Assembly (NCBI GenBank): GCA_040755995.1
Contig: JBFMAF010000024.1
Coordinates: 160,001-224,000 of the forward strand
Length of the DNA stretch: 64,000 nucleotides
Source: Acidobacteriota bacterium
GTDB lineage: Bacteria; Acidobacteriota; CAIWXX01
Direction: 5' to 3'
Positions 57,203-64,000 of this stretch are shown piece by piece. The position numbers and the translations under genes are program-made. The notes beneath the pieces are model-generated. The model saw nothing but the letters and a program-made list of their open reading frames with translations. It had not been told where the DNA came from and ran no database searches. The first letter of the stretch is position 1. Each line of letters starts with the position of its first letter.

Positions 57203-59818
57203 TCAAAGCGGGTCGTCGGGCTTGTCGACGTACTCCGGGTAGTGCTTCTGCATGCACTCCGGGCAGATACCGTGGCTGAATATGGCCTCGGAGTTGTCGC
57301 GGATATACGACTCGATCTGTCGCCAGGCGCCTGCATCGTCCCTAACCTTCTTGCAGTGGGCGCAGATAGGTAGGAAGCCGCGGAGGATCTTGACCTTGGC
57401 CATGGCTTCGTCGATCCCGCGCTGGAGCTCCACGGCCCGGCGCTGGAGGGCCCGAGTGCGGAGTCTGATGACGCCATAAATCGCCACGGCCAACATCAGC
57501 GCGAGCGCGGAGCGCGCCCACGCGGTATCCCACCACTGCGGTTCCGCGTAGACGCGCAGCGAGATGGGCGGGGACCAACCCTGTCCCTGGGTACTATCCC
57601 CGATCCTTGCGGAGACCTGCACCTCGCACCAGCCGCGCGGCAGGTTCTCGACTGACAGCTCTCGATCGAGCTGCGGCTCAGACCAGTCGGGCCGCCACGG
57701 AAAGACCCGGGTGCGGTATTCTACCGGCATCGGGGACAGCCAGGGGGCGGCCCACGCTATGCGCAGCGTGCGCTCGGAAGGGGACAGGTGAGCGGCACCG
57801 TCGGAGCCGAGCGGCGGAGTCGCTCGCCAGTGGCAGCGCAGGGGAGGAAGCGGCAGCGGCTTCAGCGTGGGGTCGAACCTGGCGAGGGATGCCATCGTCC
57901 CGACGTAGATTGCGCCGCCAGGGCCGATCCAGAGGCCATCAAGGTTGCACTCGTCCTCCAGCAGCCCATTCCTCGAATCATAGACCGACCACAGCCCGCC
58001 GGCGAAATGCCCCACGCCCTCGGAAGCACCGGCCCAGATGCTGCCGTCGGGCGCCCGAGCCAGCGAGTAGACCGTGTGTCCCGGGATTCCGTCCGCAGGC
58101 GTCAGCAGCTTCCAAACGTCGCCACGTCGCACCGCGATTCCACCTGTCCCCCCAACCCACACCTCTTCTTCCCCAACTTCCAACACGCAGTTGCACAGCT
58201 CCGGGAGTTGGGGGATCGCTTGCGACGTCAGCCATTGCGAGCTGTCCCCGCGAATCACGGCAAGACCACGCACCGTTGCGATCCAGAGCTCGCCGTTTCG
58301 CCGCCACGTCATTCCGCGGACGTTCTGGTCCTGCAGGCGGCTGTTGAGATCGGATGCAGGCTCCCAGGCCGAGCCCCATAGCACGTAGATACCGTCGCGA
58401 GATGATGCTGCGTACCAGGCGCCGTTCGGAGAACGGAAGATCCCGGTGACGAGCCCGGAGTCGAGGCGGAGCGTCTGGTGGAAGCGCGATCCGTCCCGGG
58501 CCTCGAAGATACCGTAACGCCCGCCGACTACAATGTGCCCCGGCCTGACTTCCACCGCGCAACGCACATCCTCGGTCAATCCCGCTTCCCTGCCGTACTG
58601 GGCGACGCGATGACCGTCCCAGCGCCAGATGCCTTTGGTGAAAACGGCAGCAAGGAAGCCGCCGTCATCCGTGCCTCTGATGCCGAAGACCTGGAGCCGA
58701 TCGCGATAGAAGGAGGTTGGAGACCAGACGGTACGGTGCAGCCACGCATCGTCGCAGAGCTGCAGCAATCCGGCGCCGTTGAAGCCGAGCCAGATCGTAC
58801 CTTCGCGGTCGGCGAGCAGCGACACTATGCCAGATGGCTTGAGGCCGTTCTCAGGCCCCCAGACGGTCCAGGCCGAGTGCTCTCCGCGAAAAGCCACAGC
58901 TCCCTCGCTGAAACCGGCCCAGATCCGGCCTCGTCGATCCTCCATGAGGGCACGCACGAATCCAGCGGACCCGGGAGCGGTGTACGCCGTTGTCCACGCC
59001 GACGACTCGCTGCGTGCGGCCAAGACGCGACCCGTCTTCGTCCCGATCCAACACTCCCCGCCCCTCGTGACCATCACGGCGGTGATTGGGCTCGGCGGGA
59101 CACTCCCGGGAGCGATCATAGTCACCCTGTTCTCGCGGATCCGCACGACCTGCAGCCGGAATGCGACCCACACCGATTCATCGCCTGGCGCGACGACTGC
59201 AACAGCAGGCCCGAGCTCCGAGGACGCCACCGCAGCGTGCCTGGGAGCCCCGCCGCCCGGGGCCGGCCAATACCAGAGCATTCCGTCCAGGTCCACGAAC
59301 CACACCGCCTCCTTGTCATCCTCTGCCAGCGATGTGACACCGCGACGCGTCGCTATGAAGCTCCATCGCGTCCCGTCGAACGTATGAATCCCCGCTGTGC
59401 CTCCGACATAGATCCCGCCACGACGCCTCGCAGCGAGCGCCTGGACAGCGCCGAAGCCCGGGAATCCGGGAGGATCGGGAATGGTATCGAGCTCGGCCCC
59501 GTCGAAGGTCGAGAGCCCGTCCATCGTCCCGATCCACAGAACGCCGTCGCGATCCTGCAGAAGCGCGTTTGGTGTTGACTGTGCCAATCCCCGGTAGGCC
59601 CGCCGGTCGAAAGACCTGAAAGCACGCACAGGAGTCGGTTCTGAGTTCGCGGGGGACTCGGCTGCAGCGGCACAGACGCCCACGAAGCCGCCGGCCCATG
59701 CAGAGACCGTCAGCAATCGTGCCAGGCTGCCGCGCCGCTGAGCGCAATCCAGCCGCGCCATGCTTCCCCGACCTGGAGGCTCGTACCCCCGGGGCCCTGG
59801 CTCATCAGCGGGCTGCAT
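57203..59818 (-). CDS. Membrane sensor: two-component-type beta-propellers + Y_Y_Y-like domain + TM + small Cys/His domain, no kinase
   Basis: QDRDGVLWIGT and EDRRGRIW repeats; PQWWDTAW-TM; LPICAHCKKVRD...FSHGICPEC. Start is 59818 (TAATG overlap) or 59761. Confidence 0.85.
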   Translation of the reverse strand: MQPADEPGPRGYEPPGRGSMARLDCAQRRGSLARLLTVSAWAGGFVGVCAAAAESPANSEPTPVRAFRSFDRRAYRGLAQSTPNALLQDRDGVLWIGTMDGLSTFDGAELDTIPDPPGFPGFGAVQALAARRRGGIYVGGTAGIHTFDGTRWSFIATRRGVTSLAEDDKEAVWFVDLDGMLWYWPAPGGGAPRHAAVASSELGPAVAVVAPGDESVWVAFRLQVVRIRENRVTMIAPGSVPPSPITAVMVTRGGECWIGTKTGRVLAARSESSAWTTAYTAPGSAGFVRALMEDRRGRIWAGFSEGAVAFRGEHSAWTVWGPENGLKPSGIVSLLADREGTIWLGFNGAGLLQLCDDAWLHRTVWSPTSFYRDRLQVFGIRGTDDGGFLAAVFTKGIWRWDGHRVAQYGREAGLTEDVRCAVEVRPGHIVVGGRYGIFEARDGSRFHQTLRLDSGLVTGIFRSPNGAWYAASSRDGIYVLWGSAWEPASDLNSRLQDQNVRGMTWRRNGELWIATVRGLAVIRGDSSQWLTSQAIPQLPELCNCVLEVGEEEVWVGGTGGIAVRRGDVWKLLTPADGIPGHTVYSLARAPDGSIWAGASEGVGHFAGGLWSVYDSRNGLLEDECNLDGLWIGPGGAIYVGTMASLARFDPTLKPLPLPPLRCHWRATPPLGSDGAAHLSPSERTLRIAWAAPWLSPMPVEYRTRVFPWRPDWSEPQLDRELSVENLPRGWCEVQVSARIGDSTQGQGWSPPISLRVYAEPQWWDTAWARSALALMLAVAIYGVIRLRTRALQRRAVELQRGIDEAMAKVKILRGFLPICAHCKKVRDDAGAWRQIESYIRDNSEAIFSHGICPECMQKHYPEYVDKPDDPL

Positions 59819-60306
59819 TACTGGCCGATCTTGTACCCGATCTTTCGGAGGAACCCGACACGCCAGGCCACCTCGGCCTCGTCCTCGACACCCTTCGTCT
59901 TGACACCGTCGATGACACCGAGGATACCCCGGCCCTGCTGGGTCTCCGCCAGGATCACCTCGGCGGGGTTCGCCGTGGCACAGAAGACGCGACAGACCTC
60001 CGGCACCATCTTCACAGCGTTCAGCACGTTGAGCGGGAAATACCCATCGCCGAGAAGGATTATGAAGGAGTGGCCTGCTGAGATAGCCAGGGCATTCTTC
60101 TTGGCCAGCTCCACCAGCTTCGCGTCGGTTCCGCTGGCGCGAACCAACGCCCGGCCCGACGATTCGCAAAAAGCCAAGCCGAACTTGATCCCGGGCACCG
60201 CCTGCACAAGGGTCTCATGCAAGTCCTCCACGGTCTTGATGAAGTGCGACTGGCCCAGAATGAAATTCAAGCCTTGATTCTCGACGGGGACGACGTGCAG
60301 TTCCAT
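59818..60306 (-). CDS. Adenosine-specific kinase family protein (DUF355)
   Basis: GQSHFIKTVED, AFCESSG, GHSF, FCATANP and GILGVIDG motifs; GGAGG RBS. Confidence 0.9.
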   Translation of the reverse strand: MELHVVPVENQGLNFILGQSHFIKTVEDLHETLVQAVPGIKFGLAFCESSGRALVRASGTDAKLVELAKKNALAISAGHSFIILLGDGYFPLNVLNAVKMVPEVCRVFCATANPAEVILAETQQGRGILGVIDGVKTKGVEDEAEVAWRVGFLRKIGYKIGQ

Positions 60307-60419
60307 GGCGTTTCCTCCTTCTGTCAAAACGCGTTCGGAACAGGATCAAGCAAGGACTTCGCAACCGATGCTATTATAACCGGGCCGTGGCAACAGGCAA
60401 CATCGACACTCGTCCAGCA

Positions 60420-61568
60420 ATGCGGTGGTGTGCAACGCTGGTCGTTGTACTGGGGGCGACTGCCTGCCTGAGCATCTACGCAGCCTCCGACTACGCACGG
60501 GCGGCGGCTTTGGTGGCACGGGCGGCAGGCGTCGGCGACGGATGGATCGGCCGCCTCGCCCGTCTCTACGCACGCTCGTTCGTGACCAGCGAGCTCCAGG
60601 TTCAGACACGCAGCGGGCCGATTCGCGCGCGCCTGTATCGGCCTTCCCGCCAATCAGGCCGCACCACGCTCCTCGTGCCCGGCGTGCACGCCCTGGGAAT
60701 TGACGAGCCGCGACTCACCAGGTTCGCCGGGGAGCTGGCTCAGAGCGGCATGGGCGTCGTCACGATAGAGCTGCCGGATCTCTTGCAGTACCGGATCACC
60801 CCACGCTTGACCGATCAAATCGAAGACGCGGCCGGCTGGGTCAGCCATCAACCTGATCTCTCGCCGGATGGGCGGGTCGGGCTGATAGGCATCAGCTTCG
60901 CCGGCGGTCTGTCGGTCGTGGCGGCGGGCCGCCCGAGCGTCCGGAACCGTTTGGCTTTCGCGCTCTCGTTCGGCGGGCACGGCGATCTGCCTCGCGTTCT
61001 CAGGTATCTCTGCACGGGCGAAGAGCCCGATGGATCCAGGCGGCCGCCGCATGACTACGGTGTGGCTGTCATACTTCTCAACGCGGCAGACCACATGGTG
61101 CCTCCGGAGGAGGTCGACGGGCTGAGGAGGGGCATCCTGATGTTCCTGCACGCCTCGCACATGACCCTCGTGGACAAGCAGCGTGCCGAGTATGAGTTCA
61201 GCAAGGCGCGCGCAATGGAGGACAGCCTGCCAAGCCCGGCGAAGGAACTTCTCCATGGCGCGAATGCGCGCGACGTTGAGAGACTCGGCCCGCTGCTGCT
61301 CCCACAGATCGCGGGCTTCGCCGGCAGCGACGTGCTCTCGCCGAGTCGCAGCCCGGCCCCGGCCTGTCCCGTCTACCTTCTTCACGGGGCCGATGACAAC
61401 GTCATTCCGGCAATCGAGGCGCGCCTGCTGGCCGGCACGCTTGAGGGCCGCTGCCCGGTCCATCTCCTGATCACTCCGCTGATCACTCATGCCGAGGTCG
61501 ACAGGCGCCGGCGCCTGGGCGACATCTGGCGACTGGTGACGTTCTGGGAGCGCCTGATGGACGAGTAG
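60420..61568 (+). CDS. Exported alpha/beta hydrolase
   Basis: N-terminal hydrophobic segment; GISFAGG nucleophile elbow; LHGADDNVIP; terminal His. Confidence 0.8.
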   Translation: MRWCATLVVVLGATACLSIYAASDYARAAALVARAAGVGDGWIGRLARLYARSFVTSELQVQTRSGPIRARLYRPSRQSGRTTLLVPGVHALGIDEPRLTRFAGELAQSGMGVVTIELPDLLQYRITPRLTDQIEDAAGWVSHQPDLSPDGRVGLIGISFAGGLSVVAAGRPSVRNRLAFALSFGGHGDLPRVLRYLCTGEEPDGSRRPPHDYGVAVILLNAADHMVPPEEVDGLRRGILMFLHASHMTLVDKQRAEYEFSKARAMEDSLPSPAKELLHGANARDVERLGPLLLPQIAGFAGSDVLSPSRSPAPACPVYLLHGADDNVIPAIEARLLAGTLEGRCPVHLLITPLITHAEVDRRRRLGDIWRLVTFWERLMDE

Positions 61569-61719
61569 GCCACGATGCGATCAGTTGCTCTCACGCACAC
61601 GCCGATTTCATTGGCAAACGCTCCGAGCAACGTTCACGAGCACAAGTGCCACGCCGCTGGATTCGGGTTGCACTTGAGCAGGTACGCTCAAGCCGGAGTG
61701 GGGTTATAATAGGGGGCAT

Positions 61720-64000
61720 ATGTCAGAGATGTCCTCCCTCGCGGGACGCGGTGCCGGGCGGGCATTGGCGGAGCCCGAGCTGCCGCCGCTCCCTCCGCGG
61801 ATGTCCAGCCAGCCTTTCGGCATCGATGAGACGGGGCGGGTCATCAGCCAGCTCAAGGGCTCCGTGATACGAATCCCAATCATGCTCATGCAGGATTCCG
61901 TTGCACGGCGGGCCGAAGCGGAAGCGCCGCCGGGCCATAGCGCGGAGGAGCGGCAGCGGCGGGGGGAGGCTGCGCGCGAGGCGGCGTTGGACCAGCTCAT
62001 CGAACGACTGAATGCCGCGATTCCCGACCGCCGTTACCACGTGACGCGCGAGCACCTCCTCAAGGAGGACCATCTCTACACTCACGAATTCAACGTCTAC
62101 GTGGTGGACTTCTGCAGCGAGATATCAGGTGATCCTGATTTCTTCTTCAAACGCGGGCGGCTAGGCGTGCCGCCTTACCTGATCAACATGGCCCGCCCAC
62201 TCACTCTGCGCCAGCTGTACACGCTGCTCCCGCTTTTCGCGGCGAAGGCATCGGACGCCGGGATCCGGGTTTCGAACGTCACCGACGGATCTGCGCAGAT
62301 CCGGTGGAGCCCTCGGCCGAGGCTCGGGCAGCTCCCGGCTGGCACGCACCAGCGGTACATACGGATGGCTTGCCGCGGATACCAGGCGGCCCTCGCGTAC
62401 CTCCCGACGCAGCACTCGGGGATTCCGAGCGCGAAGGTGCAGGAGACCAGATGCATGCTCAACGGGGAGGAGTGGTGTGAATGGACGCTTACGTGGCAGC
62501 CCGTGGGCTCCGGGAACCGGGTGGGTTTGTGGGCCGGCGCCGCGCTGTCGGCGACGATTCTCGCCGGGATTCTAGCGAGGGCGCCTGGGTGGCAGTACCT
62601 CACGCCGCTGGCCGGGCTGCTCCCGATCACATGCGTGTGGTTCTGGTCGAGGCTGAGGAGGCTGGCGGCCGACGCCGAGCATCAGCGCGGATTGCTCCTC
62701 GAGCAGCGCGAGAGAGCCGAGCAGCACTATGACGCGCTGCAGCAATCCCACGCGGACCTCCAGCTCTCGAACGTCGCACTCGAAGAGAAGATCTCGGAGC
62801 TCACCACGCTGCACGAGATCGGGAGGGCGACGAGCGCGACGCTGGAGCTGAACGAGCTCCTGGAAAGGTGCCTCCACGCGGTCTCCTCATACCTCGGCTT
62901 CGATCGCGCCGCCGTCATGCTGGCGGAATCGGACCGGCTGTGTGGGCGCAAGATCGTGGGCGCTTCTCCGGAGTCCGTCTCGCTTTTCGAGAGTTGCCGG
63001 CTGCAGCTGGGCGATGGGAATCTTCCGCTGGAGCGGGTGCTCCGGTCGGGGGAGCCGGCGGTGATAACCGAAGGCGGAATGGTGCCGGGTGACGCGGTCT
63101 CTTCAACGACGCCCTTCCTCGCAGTCCCGCTTGCAGCCAAGGGCCGGGCGCTCGGGCTGCTCCTCGTGGACAACGCCGCCACGGGTCGTCCGTTGCCTCA
63201 GGGGATACAGGCTCTGATGATGACGGCAGGAGGGTTGATCGCCAATGCCGTCGACAGCGCAATCGTTTATCACACGCTTGAGGAACGCGTGGCGCAGCGC
63301 ACGCGGGAGGCCGAGGAGGCTCGACGCGCGGCCGAGGAAGCGTCCCGCGCCAAGAGCGAGTTCCTGGCCAACATCAGCCACGAGATCCGCACGCCGATGA
63401 GCGCCGTCATCGGCATGGCTGAGCTGCTGCTCGAAACGCCACTCACCCCTGAACAGCAGCAGTACGCCGAAACTATCCGCAGCGGCGGCGACACGCTTCT
63501 GGCGATCATCAGCGACATCCTCGATTTCTCGAAAATCGAGGCCGCCCGCATCGATCTCGACCGGCGCCCGTTCAACCTCCGCGAATGCGTTGAGACGTCG
63601 CTCGACCTGGTCGCGGTCAAGGCCGTCGAGAAGGGCCTGGACATCGCAGCCTGGATCGATCCGGTGATACCAGAGAACATCGTCGGGGACGCCGGCCGGC
63701 TCCAACAGGTGCTGATCAATCTGCTCAGCAATGCGATCAAGTTCACGGAAGCGGGCGAGGTGATTGCCACGGTCGGTCTTGAGCCCGGTGGACCCTCGGA
63801 CACAAGCTCGCCGGAGCCGGCGGTGCGCTTCGGATCGTGTGTTCTGCGTTTCTCCGTTCGCGACACGGGCGTAGGGATAAGGCCCGGCGAATCCAGCAAG
63901 CTTTTCCAATCCTTCGCCCAGCTCGATGCCTCGGCTGCGCGCAAGTACGGCGGCACAGGTCTTGGACTGGCCATCAGCAGGCGTCTCGCAGAGGCCATGG
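61720..64000 (+). CDS. Sensor histidine kinase (V4R/H-NOX-like N-terminus, TM, GAF, HisKA, HATPase), runs off the window
   Basis: Manual translation from ATG 61720; [41 protein letters not shown] and GGTGLGL in frame; absent from the ORF track. Confidence 0.9.
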   Translation, partial: MSEMSSLAGRGAGRALAEPELPPLPPRMSSQPFGIDETGRVISQLKGSVIRIPIMLMQDSVARRAEAEAPPGHSAEERQRRGEAAREAALDQLIERLNAAIPDRRYHVTREHLLKEDHLYTHEFNVYVVDFCSEISGDPDFFFKRGRLGVPPYLINMARPLTLRQLYTLLPLFAAKASDAGIRVSNVTDGSAQIRWSPRPRLGQLPAGTHQRYIRMACRGYQAALAYLPTQHSGIPSAKVQETRCMLNGEEWCEWTLTWQPVGSGNRVGLWAGAALSATILAGILARAPGWQYLTPLAGLLPITCVWFWSRLRRLAADAEHQRGLLLEQRERAEQHYDALQQSHADLQLSNVALEEKISELTTLHEIGRATSATLELNELLERCLHAVSSYLGFDRAAVMLAESDRLCGRKIVGASPESVSLFESCRLQLGDGNLPLERVLRSGEPAVITEGGMVPGDAVSSTTPFLAVPLAAKGRALGLLLVDNAATGRPLPQGIQALMMTAGGLIANAVDSAIVYHTLEERVAQRTREAEEARRAAEEASRAKSEFLANISHEIRTPMSAVIGMAELLLETPLTPEQQQYAETIRSGGDTLLAIISDILDFSKIEAARIDLDRRPFNLRECVETSLDLVAVKAVEKGLDIAAWIDPVIPENIVGDAGRLQQVLINLLSNAIKFTEAGEVIATVGLEPGGPSDTSSPEPAVRFGSCVLRFSVRDTGVGIRPGESSKLFQSFAQLDASAARKYGGTGLGLAISRRLAEAM

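Noticed and set aside
59819..60169. N-terminal extension of the 988-aa sensor ORF
   Set aside because: It overlaps the DUF355 gene in another frame; the real start is 59818 or 59761.

Overview
GC-rich bacterial chromosomal window; gene content suggests Acidobacteriota or a Deltaproteobacteria-like lineage (inference, not tested). The backbone carries a Ser/Thr kinase operon, a sulfatase-like lipoprotein, batABC, alaS, an OPT transporter with a dipeptidase, a MocR regulator with an aminotransferase, a saccharopine dehydrogenase family enzyme and several signalling proteins. The main accessory feature is a ~14.7-kb island (28371-43078) bounded by an imperfect direct repeat (30/32 nt core) of the 3' end of a metzincin-TPR gene. 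It holds a 2065-aa exported teneurin-like Rhs/YD toxin in which a discoidin-like domain appears to replace the NHL propeller, with an HExxH tip and a putative immunity gene. Three orphan Rhs-tip modules follow, one with perfectly mirror-symmetric cysteine spacing. The island also contains collapsed relics of a RepB-type primase, an IS110 with a structured bridge-RNA-like leader, an XRE regulator and a tyrosine recombinase. Elsewhere there is an XcyI-like R-M locus whose endonuclease is internally deleted, two copies of a ~215-bp MITE-like element, many intergenic 6-9-mer tandem repeats, and a sigma54/IHF-controlled REC-DUF4388-Roadblock gene with a strong internal start. Two edge genes missing from the ORF track were translated by hand: a multi-CxxC protein (1-541, minus) and a V4R-like/GAF histidine kinase (61720-64000, plus). 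No tRNA, rRNA or CRISPR array was seen. All family calls come from motif recognition by eye; no database searches were run.
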